Shown: piece after piece, positions 1-9,696 of the stretch
How positions within the stretch are numbered: the stretch's first letter is position 1
How the letters are laid out: each line of letters opens with the position of its first letter
From: Planctomycetota bacterium
GTDB taxonomy: Bacteria > Planctomycetota > GCA-002687715 > DRQF01
Assembly (NCBI GenBank): GCA_036479435.1
Contig: JAZGFI010000235.1
Span: 1-64,000 of the forward strand
Length of the DNA: 64,000 bases
Direction of reading: 5' to 3'
Notes under the pieces: model-generated
Database searches by the model: none
Seen by the model: the letters and a program-made list of their open reading frames with translations, nothing else
What the model was told of the DNA's origin: nothing
Made by a program: the position numbers and the translations under genes

Positions 1-134
1 GTTCCAGCTGGTGGTCGACCTTGGCCGGATGGGATTGGGTACCCATAGGGTTTCGAACAAAGTTTCAGATCTGACTAAGTCATTTCGTACTCCTTGACTG
101 AGCTTTCCCAGCGCACTGACGCCGTATAGCAGGT

Positions 135-692
135 TTACTTCCAGGGGAAGGCGACGGGGATGGGCTTCATGAGCTTGCGAGTGTAGTGGAAGCGATAGGC
201 CTGTTTTTGGCCCTTGAAGACGGGCTGGACCCAGTAGGCGTCAGAGCTGTCGGTCTCGATGATAAGACCCTCAGGCATGGAGGGAGAGCTGCCGACACCA
301 CGGTGCGCCACGGCATTCGAGCCTCCCGAATCAACCGCCCCATCAAAGATCAACAAGTCGTAGCGGTGCCGCACGATCTGACCGTCGAGGCCGACGGCCG
401 GCTCCGTAACGCGGGTCCGAATGCTGCAAAGCTTGCGATCTGAAACTGAAAAAGTCCCCGCGGCAGCTCGGTCCAAGCCGACGTCTCGCTGGGGAGCCGG
501 CTCAGAAAAAAGGAGATGGGCTCCCGCCGCCACGGCCTCTTGGTCGATCTCGATGCGGTCGAGGATGAAAACCTTGCGATCGGCCTTGGGGCCGGCCCGG
601 CCACTTCGGTAGGTGTTGGTCGTCGTAGAAGAACAGCCCAAAAACGCAAGTAAAACGGCACACAGCAGCGTAGCGCGTGGCTCAAAGCCCAT
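135..692 (-). CDS. Hypothetical lipoprotein
   Basis: 185-aa ORF with GGAG-like RBS, hydrophobic N-terminus and lipobox-like FLGC; lies downstream of scpA on the same strand. Confidence 0.6.
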   Translation of the reverse strand: MGFEPRATLLCAVLLAFLGCSSTTTNTYRSGRAGPKADRKVFILDRIEIDQEAVAAGAHLLFSEPAPQRDVGLDRAAAGTFSVSDRKLCSIRTRVTEPAVGLDGQIVRHRYDLLIFDGAVDSGGSNAVAHRGVGSSPSMPEGLIIETDSSDAYWVQPVFKGQKQAYRFHYTRKLMKPIPVAFPWK

Positions 693-755
693 AGTGGAGG
701 CTCCTTGGCTGGGATAGATCGAGGCTTAGACGGCGCGCGCGTCGACGAGCTTTCA

Positions 756-1535
756 TCAATCGCGAAAATCGTCCGCGAGTTCGAGTTCTTGAGCGCGAGC
801 TTCGTCGCTGAGCTCCCTCGGAGTGATCCGAATGTCGCCGTACTGGCCCGATTGCACCGCGCTGACCACTTGGGTTTTCAGCAGCAACAAGATCGCCAAG
901 AAGTAGCCGATGAGTTCAGACTTGTCCTTAGCGTCTCCCACGAGCTCGGACAAAAAGATCGGCGCCTGGCGCACTCGCTTCTCTAACTTGGCCGCGTAAC
1001 TTCGAACCGGCACTTGGCGGCCGGTGATGACGCGGTCCTTGCGAGCGTCCATGAGCGTTTCGGACATGACTTTCTGGAAGTAGCGAAACAGGTCCCAAAC
1101 CTGCAACTCGTCCAGAGTGCGGTCTTCTTCGATCTCGCCTTCGGGCCGTGCACTCGTGGGTCGACCCAGACGCTTGATCTGAATATGGGCCCGATTCTCA
1201 AGAGACTTGCTGCGCTCTTTTATTTTTTTGTATTCGAGGAGCTGCTGGACGAGTTCGTAGCGAGGGTCTAGCTCTTCGGCGAGATCTACTTCCTCCACGG
1301 GGAGCAACATCTTCGACTTGATGACCATGAGGGTCGAAGCCATGACGGCGAAGTCACCGGCATCATCGAGGCTCACTTCCTGGAGCAACTCCAGGTAGGC
1401 CAAGTACTGATCCAAGATGTTGCCGATGGGGATTTCGTAGATCTCTACCTCTTCTTTTCGAATGAGGTAAAGCAGCAAGTCCATCGGCCCCGCAAAGTGG
1501 TCGAGACTGACTTTGTATTCGTGCGGCGCAGTCAT
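756..1535 (-). CDS. scpA: Segregation and condensation protein A (kleisin)
   Basis: F-x-GPMDLLLYLI...EIYEIPI...QYL and MASTLMVIKSKMLLP...DPR.ELV.QLLEYK motifs; ATG at 1535 overlaps the upstream stop (ATGA). Confidence 0.9.
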   Translation of the reverse strand: MTAPHEYKVSLDHFAGPMDLLLYLIRKEEVEIYEIPIGNILDQYLAYLELLQEVSLDDAGDFAVMASTLMVIKSKMLLPVEEVDLAEELDPRYELVQQLLEYKKIKERSKSLENRAHIQIKRLGRPTSARPEGEIEEDRTLDELQVWDLFRYFQKVMSETLMDARKDRVITGRQVPVRSYAAKLEKRVRQAPIFLSELVGDAKDKSELIGYFLAILLLLKTQVVSAVQSGQYGDIRITPRELSDEARAQELELADDFRD

Positions 1536-2215
1536 GCGGCGATCCAATCCCTCAAGACCAGCTGCCAACGGTGAAGGCCATTGAGGGCCCTAAGGGTGGC
1601 AGCCGAAAACTCTTGCTTGTAGACGTAGCTCAAGATCAAAAACCCTCCGAGGAGCAAGATCATGCCCGGGATGGTCAAGGTAGAGTAATAGAGATTACGG
1701 ACTTTCTCCGGCAAAAGAGCCGCCACGACCCGACTTCCGTCCAGCGGCGGGATCGGAATGAGATTCAAGAAGCCGAGAAAGATCGAAAACCCCACCGCAA
1801 ACAGCGCATAACTGTAGTGAGTGTCAAAAGCTAGCGACGGCAACAGGACCCCGGCGTGGACCAGTCCGGTCACGATGGCGAGCGAAAAGCCGGCCGTCAG
1901 GAAGTTCCCCATCGGTCCGGCCAAAGCCACCAAGGCCATTCGATAAGGTCCAATCGAAGTCCGAACCTGAACCGGGCGAGCTCCGCCAATGATGAATCCG
2001 ACAAAAAGGACGAGGAGCGCCGGAATCACGATCGTGAACCACAGACTGATGTGGCTAAAGCTGAGTGGTGACATCCTGGTCTTGATGTAGGCGCGTTGGT
2101 CGCCACAGCGCCAGGCTGCCCAGGCGTGGCCCGCCTCGTGAACACAGGATGTGATGATGAGCATGCCCAGCAACCAAGGCAGCATTTCCAACTTGTCCGA
2201 CCAATCGCTTCCCAT
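1532..2215 (-). CDS. Site-2 protease family (M50) membrane metalloprotease
   Basis: HEAGH zinc motif, AGPMGN, NLIPIPPLDG, several TM segments; ATG 2215 with GGGGAG RBS. Confidence 0.88.
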   Translation of the reverse strand: MGSDWSDKLEMLPWLLGMLIITSCVHEAGHAWAAWRCGDQRAYIKTRMSPLSFSHISLWFTIVIPALLVLFVGFIIGGARPVQVRTSIGPYRMALVALAGPMGNFLTAGFSLAIVTGLVHAGVLLPSLAFDTHYSYALFAVGFSIFLGFLNLIPIPPLDGSRVVAALLPEKVRNLYYSTLTIPGMILLLGGFLILSYVYKQEFSAATLRALNGLHRWQLVLRDWIAA

Positions 2216-2494
2216 GAACTCTCCCCAGCGAAATCCCGCTTTTTTACCGCCGCCGCGACTTCCCCGAAACCCTATCCCCAACGCGGCTTGGGGCCGATTC
2301 TCTGGCCTTGGGGTGGGCCCTACAATCCGGCCCCCCTATAGTACGATGCTCGCTCGCCTCGCTCAGCAATTCTTGGCGAAGGGCGCCCGGAGCCCCAGAA
2401 AGTAAGGAACTGGCCCCCGCGGGGCCAATCCCGGCCCATTCGCCAGATCCGGTGTGGGGTCCGCCACGATCCGGATGAGAAAAGGAGGAGCTGA

Positions 2495-3463
2495 GTGACC
2501 GATCTCAGCGAAGCCATCGCGGTCATCAAAGCTGAGGCAGCTGCCGTTCAAGCTCTCATCGAGCACCTCGATGAGCAGTTCGAGCACGTCGTCGAGCTGG
2601 GTTTGAAGTGCGAGGGCCGCCTCGCCTTGAGCGGAATGGGGAAAGCAGGCCTCATCGCGGAAAAAATCAGTGCCACTCTGGCCAGCACCGGAACGCCTAG
2701 CTTTTTCCTCCACCCCGCCGAGGCGGTCCACGGCGACCTGGGCCGCTTGCGGCGAGAGGATCTCATCCTCGCGCTTTCCAACAGCGGTGAAACCGCCGAA
2801 ATGCTCCGCCTTGTCGACCCCGTCAAGGCGCTCGGCTCCGGCTTGGTCGCAATGACGGGCGCCCCCGAATCGACGATGGCCCGCTACGCCGATCACCACC
2901 TGTCTATCGGCAAGCCGGATGAAGCGGGGCCGATGGGACTCGCTCCGACTTCATCCACTACCGCCATGCTGGTCCTCGGGGACGCGCTCGCGATGTCGAT
3001 TTTGAAACGCCGAGATTTTGGTCCCAGAGACTACGCACGCTTTCACCCCGGTGGCAGCCTTGGTGCCAAGCTCATGACCGTGGCGGAGATCATGCGGAAG
3101 GGAGATCGCAATCCTGTGGTCTTAGAGTCCGCCAGTGTCCACGAGACCCTGAAGGCAATCAACCACACCTCGGGCCGCCCCGGGGCCGCTAGTGTTGTTG
3201 ACGGCCGACAGATGCTCGTGGGTTTCATCACCGACGGTGACATTGTCCGCGCCCTAGAAAACGGCGCGGATTTCCTCAGCCGCCCCATCGTCGACATCAT
3301 GGCCAAAAGCCCGAAGTCCGTGCACCCTCATCAACTCGCATCGGAAGCCGCCAGGATCTTGCGCGACAAACACATCGACCAACTTGCCGTCGTCGATGAC
3401 ACTGGCCGTGCCGTCGGACTTGTCGATATCCAAGACTTGGTTGCAGCTGGGGTGCGAGGATGA
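2495..3463 (+). CDS. kdsD: Arabinose-5-phosphate isomerase (KpsF/GutQ; SIS + 2 CBS domains)
   Basis: GMGKAG, ATLASTGTP, HPAEAVHGDLG, APTSST, FHPGGSLG; AGGAGG RBS; adjacent to kdsC. Confidence 0.93.
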   Translation: MTDLSEAIAVIKAEAAAVQALIEHLDEQFEHVVELGLKCEGRLALSGMGKAGLIAEKISATLASTGTPSFFLHPAEAVHGDLGRLRREDLILALSNSGETAEMLRLVDPVKALGSGLVAMTGAPESTMARYADHHLSIGKPDEAGPMGLAPTSSTTAMLVLGDALAMSILKRRDFGPRDYARFHPGGSLGAKLMTVAEIMRKGDRNPVVLESASVHETLKAINHTSGRPGAASVVDGRQMLVGFITDGDIVRALENGADFLSRPIVDIMAKSPKSVHPHQLASEAARILRDKHIDQLAVVDDTGRAVGLVDIQDLVAAGVRG

Positions 3464-4023
3464 ACTCGCCCTCGACTTCAAATTCGGGCTCATCAACAAG
3501 ACCCGTCAGCCCTAATAGACTCAAGGCCTTGCTACTCGATGTCGACGGGGTCCTCACCGACAACGGACTCTATATCGACGAGGAGGGGCGCACCTCAAAG
3601 CGTTTCGATGTGCGCGACGGCCAAGGCGTCGTCTTAGCCCAACGAGCCGGGCTACAGGTCGGATTGATAAGCGGCCACGATTCCAAAGCGGTACGCGAGC
3701 GCGCCCAAGGCCTCGGAATTTCGATTTGTTTCACTGGGGTCAAGGACAAGATCCCCGTCTATGAAAAAGTGCTGGAACAGCACGCTTGGTCCGATGATGA
3801 AATCGCCTACGTCGGTGATGACCTTATGGACCTTGGGATCTTGGGACGTTGCGGATTTGCGGCAACGGTTGCCGACGCTCATCCTCTCGTCCGCGAGATT
3901 GCCCACTTCACCACGAGGCGGCCGGGAGGTTTCGGCGCGGTACGCGAACTGATCGAGCACTTGCTCAAAGCGCGCGGGCAATGGACTCAGCTGACCAATA
4001 GTTATCGGGAACCGGGAGACTAA
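3460..4023 (+). CDS. kdsC: KDO-8-phosphate phosphatase (HAD family)
   Basis: DVDGVLTD, FDVRDG, YVGDDLMD, GGFGAVRE; ATGA overlap with kdsD. Confidence 0.92.
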   Translation: MNSPSTSNSGSSTRPVSPNRLKALLLDVDGVLTDNGLYIDEEGRTSKRFDVRDGQGVVLAQRAGLQVGLISGHDSKAVRERAQGLGISICFTGVKDKIPVYEKVLEQHAWSDDEIAYVGDDLMDLGILGRCGFAATVADAHPLVREIAHFTTRRPGGFGAVRELIEHLLKARGQWTQLTNSYREPGD

Positions 4024-4026
4024 GAC

Positions 4027-6987
4027 ATGCGCCGAGGCATTCTGATCGCACTCGTGTTGCTGCCGAGCGTGCTTGCGTATTGGCTTTACCAGAACTGGAA
4101 GCACGAATCTCGGGCCGCCCTTCGGCCCAGTGAGGGCACCAGTGCTACGACCCTCGGTGGCCAGCTGAGCCCCTTCCAAGGTACCGCCGGGCGCGAGACC
4201 TTTTTCATTCGCCGAGAGAAAGTCAGCCCCGAACCAGATGCGGCGGAGTATCCCGCCTGGTACTACCACCTAGGCGAATGGGAACGCATCGAGGATGAGG
4301 TCATTGTCGCCGAGCGCGTTTTTGCCCTTCAGAATCTCCCCCCCAAACAAAACCCCAGCCCGAATTCAGAACCAGTGGAAATGCTGCTTCTCAACAACGA
4401 TGACAGCCTGCAGGAACGCTTGGCAAGGCTGAAAGGCGCCGCCAAGACTCACACTTCTCTTTCGGCCGGGCATGCGCGCTTTAGCGGCGGCGCGACCATC
4501 GACAAGGCCAACCAGATCGACTTTGGCCGCGGGGTCAAGTTGAATGTCGTGACCCGCAAGGCTGGGCGTGGCTTCACGCTTAGCACCGAAGCGCTTGGCA
4601 TCCAGCTCGACGCGGGGGAAGTCGTCGAGTTGCGTCTCGACATGCCCTTTGACTTCAATCACCCCAGCTACCGATTGCGGGGCTCGGGTTTGCGTCTCAA
4701 AAAAGGGCTCACTCGTTACCACATCAAAAAACTCGACTCCCTTCAGTTCAACCGATACTCCAAGACTGAAGTCGCTTCCAAAAAGTTGAGAATTGAGAGC
4801 CAGGGCGAGTTGATTTTCGAGCCCTCTGCTCGCCAACTCGAGGACATGAAAGTCGCCACAGGCTTGCTGCAGTCCCTGCGACTGGACGAGGGACGATTTC
4901 GGGTCAGCGGCGGCGCGGTCTTGGTTTTCGATTCGTTTCACCTCAAAGCACAAACTCTCAGCGGGGAGGTTGTCGCCCAGAGGGATGCTGATGGTCGCGT
5001 AAGGGCTCGTCGGTTTCGCAAACTAGTCGCGGAGGGCGACGTCGTCGTGACCTCTCCCGACGGCGAGATTCGCGGCGGCAAGGCCATCATTTCGCTCGAC
5101 GAACAACGCCTCCAAGTGATCCTAGTTGAGGATGGGCCCGTCACCGTGCGCCTGGGTGCAGACTTTGCCCAGCCCGGCAAGAAGCTCGGCCCCGCCACAG
5201 GGCGCCCCAAAGTGCTCACCAGTCGCTCCGAGGGTTTCGTTGAGATCGTGGTGAATCGAGATCCCGCTGGCACCTTGCTCGGCTACCGCGTCACGCTTCA
5301 CGAGAAAGTCACCCTCGATCTTGACGAAGGCACCGCCGCCTCGATCCATGCGGTCGGCGAGCACTTGGTTGCCGACATCGAGATGGGCCCGACGAATCGC
5401 GTTGGCGCCGCCGCAGACGATCAAGTGGCTCGATTCCAAAGCGCCATCCTTGAAGGCGATGTCAGGGGCAAAGCCAAAGACCTCACCTTTGTCGGAAAGA
5501 CTCTCGACATCGTCCGTCACTACAATTCCGACGGCCTTGAGTTGGACGACGTGGCGACCTTATCGGGGCCGGCCGAGCTTCGCTTCGAGTTGCCCGCAGA
5601 TCCCAAGAAGAACCGCGAGGCGGGTGATGCAGCTCTGACGGCATCCGAGAGCATCGTGTTAGTTCGCAGTGCATCACCATTTTCGCCTTCGCGGGCCGAT
5701 GCCAAGGGGTCCACTCAATTTTTGGTCAAGCGTCCTGGTGACGATGACCTGCTTTTGAAGGGCGACCAAATTACCCTGCTCGTGTTCGCCGATGCCGAAC
5801 AACGAAGAAAGTCCGGACGCCACTTCGAAGGCCTGCGAGTACTGGGATCAGCTGACGTCTCTCGCGGCAAGAACCTCCGGGTATTGGCCGAGTCCGTGGT
5901 CGCCACGGTGGGTGGAGCCGTTTTGGACATCGAGGGAGCGACGGCCTTGGCCAAGGTCGATTACCTCGACCCCCAAGGCCGTCAACAACACATTCAGGCT
6001 TATTCGATCCGCGTCGACGAAGAGCGCGGCAAGGTGACCGCCAAAGGCGATGTCACCGCCCGAGTGTTCATGAAGGGACTGGTCCTCACCGGACAAGAGA
6101 AAGCGGAGGTGAAGCGTGCGGCCTCCGCCATGGATGAGCCGCCCGATCTCGCGGTTCCCTGGGACCTGAGATGCCGAGAGCTCGAAGGCACATTCGGGGG
6201 CGGGATAGGCCTTTCCGACTCGAAGGCCAAACGAACACTCACTCTGCGGGACCTACGCGGCAAGGGGAGTTTTGAGCTCCGAAATCCAAACCAATCCGTC
6301 ACCGCTCGTGAGTTTTTCTACGACTTCGTGTCGGGTAGTGGGCACGCTTTTGGCTCGCCCGCTCGCATCTCTGCGCGACGAGAACTGGCTGCTTTCGGCG
6401 GAGCGCCGAGCCGAGGCCTCCAAGATGAGCTCGAGGCCGAGACGATCCGCATTCACCCCGACTGGAGCCTGCTCGAGGGCAACTGCCGCGCCATCTATTG
6501 GGTCGAATCCACCAACCGTGAGTTGGGGTCCTCGATCAAAAGTGGCCTGGGTTATGAAAAGCTCGAGGTGCGTTGCGTCCGCGAGATTCTCTTGAAATCC
6601 GAGCTGGCCTATTTTAGCGGCGCGACAGTCCTGGAGCGAGGAGATGTGACCCGGGGGGGCATGAAGATTGAAGCTCAGCGCGTCGTGGCGCGTCTCCTTC
6701 CCGCCTCACAACGCGGCAACCGCCTCGTGCGAATTGGGCACCTTGAGGCTTACGATCGCGTCAGATTGCGTTGGCGAGACCTCAGCGGTAAGGGTGATCT
6801 GATGGACTTAGATGTGCCGGGCCGCAAGCTCTACTTGCGGGCAAAAGATGGCGGCGGCAACTGCCGCATGACCCTCAAGGGGCATACGATGAACAACCGT
6901 GCGCTCGTCTACGACATGGACCGTGGGCACTTACGCACTTATCACGTCAAGGGTGAGATTAGTAACGTGAGAAGACCGGGTCGATGA
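4027..6987 (+). CDS. Large N-terminally anchored beta-rich protein, probable multi-domain LptC/LptA (OstA-like) LPS transport protein
   Basis: Single N-terminal TM, repeated A-x-GDV/GSA strand motifs and 'x-A-x-x-I-x-Y/V-D' patterns; occupies the lptC/lptA position between kdsC and lptD. Confidence 0.5.
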   Translation: MRRGILIALVLLPSVLAYWLYQNWKHESRAALRPSEGTSATTLGGQLSPFQGTAGRETFFIRREKVSPEPDAAEYPAWYYHLGEWERIEDEVIVAERVFALQNLPPKQNPSPNSEPVEMLLLNNDDSLQERLARLKGAAKTHTSLSAGHARFSGGATIDKANQIDFGRGVKLNVVTRKAGRGFTLSTEALGIQLDAGEVVELRLDMPFDFNHPSYRLRGSGLRLKKGLTRYHIKKLDSLQFNRYSKTEVASKKLRIESQGELIFEPSARQLEDMKVATGLLQSLRLDEGRFRVSGGAVLVFDSFHLKAQTLSGEVVAQRDADGRVRARRFRKLVAEGDVVVTSPDGEIRGGKAIISLDEQRLQVILVEDGPVTVRLGADFAQPGKKLGPATGRPKVLTSRSEGFVEIVVNRDPAGTLLGYRVTLHEKVTLDLDEGTAASIHAVGEHLVADIEMGPTNRVGAAADDQVARFQSAILEGDVRGKAKDLTFVGKTLDIVRHYNSDGLELDDVATLSGPAELRFELPADPKKNREAGDAALTASESIVLVRSASPFSPSRADAKGSTQFLVKRPGDDDLLLKGDQITLLVFADAEQRRKSGRHFEGLRVLGSADVSRGKNLRVLAESVVATVGGAVLDIEGATALAKVDYLDPQGRQQHIQAYSIRVDEERGKVTAKGDVTARVFMKGLVLTGQEKAEVKRAASAMDEPPDLAVPWDLRCRELEGTFGGGIGLSDSKAKRTLTLRDLRGKGSFELRNPNQSVTAREFFYDFVSGSGHAFGSPARISARRELAAFGGAPSRGLQDELEAETIRIHPDWSLLEGNCRAIYWVESTNRELGSSIKSGLGYEKLEVRCVREILLKSELAYFSGATVLERGDVTRGGMKIEAQRVVARLLPASQRGNRLVRIGHLEAYDRVRLRWRDLSGKGDLMDLDVPGRKLYLRAKDGGGNCRMTLKGHTMNNRALVYDMDRGHLRTYHVKGEISNVRRPGR

Positions 6988-9275
6988 CCAAAACCCTCGG
7001 GACAAATGCCGCGATTCTCTTCGCGTTTTTGGGTTCACTCGCGTGGATGGTTGGCACCAGTGCGGCCCAAGGTCAAAGGCTCGCCGGAGTGAAGGTCGAC
7101 TTCGAAGCTGACCTGGTCGACTTTTATCTCGAGGACGGCCGCGCCCACGCCGTGGGCAACGTGGTTCTCACTTGGGAGGGGTCTCGACTTCGCTGCGACA
7201 ACGCCGTCATTTGGCTGGTCAAAAACGGGGCTCCGGACACCGACGCTGAAGAAGTTGCCGCAGATGGTCGCCGGGGCGGCGTCACCGTCAGTGAAATCTA
7301 CGCCGAGGGCGTGGTGGTGCTGAGTCGCTACGCTGATGAACAGGTTTTTCGCTGTCATCGTTTGTTCTTCGACCTCGTTTCGAACCGTGGCACTTTTTGG
7401 GATGCGGCACTGCGCCAGAGCCTTGATCGGCGCGGTGAAAAACTCGACCTCGTCATGCGCGCCGGTGAGCTTCGTCAGCTCTCTCGCGACCGCTACGAGA
7501 TGTTCGACACCACTTTCACGACGAACCCCTCGGTCGAACCCGGCTACCGCCTGGTAACCCCCTCGGCGCGGGTGGAGATCGACGAAAAGGCGGTTGACCG
7601 ACAGGGCAATAGCTACCGCAACGTCCGCTTCGAACTCGACTCTTCGGTGCTCTACATCGGAGAGTTGCCGATCCTCAAGACGCCTCCGTTCTCCGGTCAA
7701 ACCAAGGACCGCGGGGGCAACCTCTACCGCCGCATCGAAGTCGACAGCAGTAAAAAGTTCGGTCCCTCCGCACGCCTAACTCTAGGGAAAGAAATCTGGT
7801 TCGATGATGAGCGCTGGGGTGATCTTGAATTTTACGGCCAGTACTTTGGCAAACGAGGCCTGGGCGGCGGCATTGACCTGCGCTACGAGCAAACGGACTA
7901 CCGAGGCTCCCTCCGTGGGGTTTATCAGCGCGACCGCGGCCGGGACGAGCTTTTCAACACGCCCACCGACAAGGATCGCGGACGAGTGTTGTTACGCCAC
8001 CGTCACCAATTGCCTGAGCACATCCAACTCGACATTGAGTTGAGCAAGATCTCCGATCGCGGCTTTTTATCCGAGTACTACGAAAACGAGTTTCAGTCGG
8101 ACAAAGAACAAGAGACTCTCATCTACGCGAAACGTGCGGTCGGTGCATCGGCGTTGACGTTCTTAGCCAACACGCGACTCAATGATTTCCAAACTCAAAC
8201 GGAGTTTTTGCCCCGCGCTAGCTATCAACTGATCTCCTATCCACTCATCGACATCGGGAACCGTTCAAGTCTCTACTTCGATGCCCGCTATGAGGTCTCG
8301 AATGCGCGCCTACGATTCGACGACGAACTTCACCGCCCCAACGCGCGTACCTACCGCGCGGACTTCGACCAGACTGTCGCCCTTCCCTTCTTCCTCGGTC
8401 CGGTCAAGATCGAGCCTTTCGTTGGGTTTCGCTACACGCGCTATGGCCGCGGCGCACTCGTCGACGAGTCTTTTGACCGCATCGGAAACCTCTATGGCGC
8501 GCGGGCCACGACCCAACTGTCGCGTACTTTTGATGCTCGGGGCGGCCTCTTCAATCTGGACGGACTGCGTCACATCGTGACGCCCAGCGTCGAGTATCGA
8601 AACATTAGTCACGTCTCTCACTCTGTTGACGACTTCATCCCCTTTGACGACGTCGAGTTATTCACGGAGCGCGAAGAGCTTGTGTTCCGTCTTCGCAACC
8701 GCCTACAGACGCAGTGGCACGACGGCGACAACAGCGAAGTCGTCGACTTGATCGACCTTGACCTGAAATGGACCTTTTTCCCTTCGGCGGAACGCGACAA
8801 TTTTGGACACCATGTGGGCAATCTCGATGTCGAGGCTGACTTTCGACTCTCGCCTGAGCTCATCTGGTCGACTGATTTCGAGTATTCCTTCGTCCTGGAC
8901 GAGCTGGAGATCTTTAACACCACCTTGGGTTGGGCCCCTCGCCCCAGTCTTTTGCTCGCGGCCGGGTATCGGCGCTTCGTCGGCGTAAACGACGCCATTT
9001 TCGTCACCACCCAGTGGCGCGCGAGTCAAAAATTGGGGATTCAGATCTATTCGGGTTACGACTTTGTTGAGGACGACCTCCAAGACCAGCGCCTGACGAT
9101 CCAACGGTTCGGTGAAGATTGGGTCTTTGAGTTCGAATTCGAGTACGACAACCGCGGCGGAGTTGGATTTGGTATCGCCATCCGCCCCCGGGCCCTTTTT
9201 GATCCCCGTCTTCGGGTGCGCTCGATTCGCAATGAGCCCCACTTCGACGACTTTAAGCACGAGCACCTCCGCTAA
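6984..9275 (+). CDS. lptD: LPS-assembly outer membrane protein LptD
   Basis: Signal peptide, OstA-like N-domain (AVGNVVL), ISDRGFLSEYY, TEFLPR, LRHIVTP, RNRLQT beta-barrel motifs; context with kdsD/kdsC. Confidence 0.8.
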   Translation: MTKTLGTNAAILFAFLGSLAWMVGTSAAQGQRLAGVKVDFEADLVDFYLEDGRAHAVGNVVLTWEGSRLRCDNAVIWLVKNGAPDTDAEEVAADGRRGGVTVSEIYAEGVVVLSRYADEQVFRCHRLFFDLVSNRGTFWDAALRQSLDRRGEKLDLVMRAGELRQLSRDRYEMFDTTFTTNPSVEPGYRLVTPSARVEIDEKAVDRQGNSYRNVRFELDSSVLYIGELPILKTPPFSGQTKDRGGNLYRRIEVDSSKKFGPSARLTLGKEIWFDDERWGDLEFYGQYFGKRGLGGGIDLRYEQTDYRGSLRGVYQRDRGRDELFNTPTDKDRGRVLLRHRHQLPEHIQLDIELSKISDRGFLSEYYENEFQSDKEQETLIYAKRAVGASALTFLANTRLNDFQTQTEFLPRASYQLISYPLIDIGNRSSLYFDARYEVSNARLRFDDELHRPNARTYRADFDQTVALPFFLGPVKIEPFVGFRYTRYGRGALVDESFDRIGNLYGARATTQLSRTFDARGGLFNLDGLRHIVTPSVEYRNISHVSHSVDDFIPFDDVELFTEREELVFRLRNRLQTQWHDGDNSEVVDLIDLDLKWTFFPSAERDNFGHHVGNLDVEADFRLSPELIWSTDFEYSFVLDELEIFNTTLGWAPRPSLLLAAGYRRFVGVNDAIFVTTQWRASQKLGIQIYSGYDFVEDDLQDQRLTIQRFGEDWVFEFEFEYDNRGGVGFGIAIRPRALFDPRLRVRSIRNEPHFDDFKHEHLR

Positions 9276-9279
9276 GGCC

Positions 9280-9696
9280 ATGAGCTTCGCAACCGTCATT
9301 TTTTTGGGATTCGGCCTCGGCACCATGGAGATGGTCGTCATTGGCATTGTGGGCCTGCTGATTTTCGGGCGGCGCCTACCGGAAGTCGGCCACTCGCTCG
9401 GCAAGACCTTTTTTGATCTTCGCCGCGGCATGAATGACATCAAACGAGAAATGGATGTTGCCGAACACCTAGCCGACGATGATGGCCACGACGACCATTA
9501 CCGGGACCACAACGACCACTACTCAGATCCCGGGCGGCGTGACGACGAAGAGATTGTGAAGGAAGCGCAGGCTTTTGGTGAGGGGGTTTCGGAGACTGGC
9601 GATAGCGCTGATTCCCATGAGGGGCCGATCGCGCGCGAAGAGACTCCGGCGAAACCGGACCGCCCCTCAAGCTCAAGTTCTGAATCCAAAGACTAG
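9280..9696 (+). CDS. tatA: Twin-arginine translocase TatA/TatE family subunit
   Basis: GTMEMVVIGIVGLLIFGRRLPEVGHSLGK (TM + FG hinge + amphipathic helix); acidic tail; ATG at 9280. Confidence 0.88.
   Translation: MSFATVIFLGFGLGTMEMVVIGIVGLLIFGRRLPEVGHSLGKTFFDLRRGMNDIKREMDVAEHLADDDGHDDHYRDHNDHYSDPGRRDDEEIVKEAQAFGEGVSETGDSADSHEGPIAREETPAKPDRPSSSSSESKD

Noticed and set aside
9112..9279. N-terminal extension of TatA in the ORF track
   Set aside because: Overlaps the lptD 3' end; the TatA pattern begins at ATG 9280
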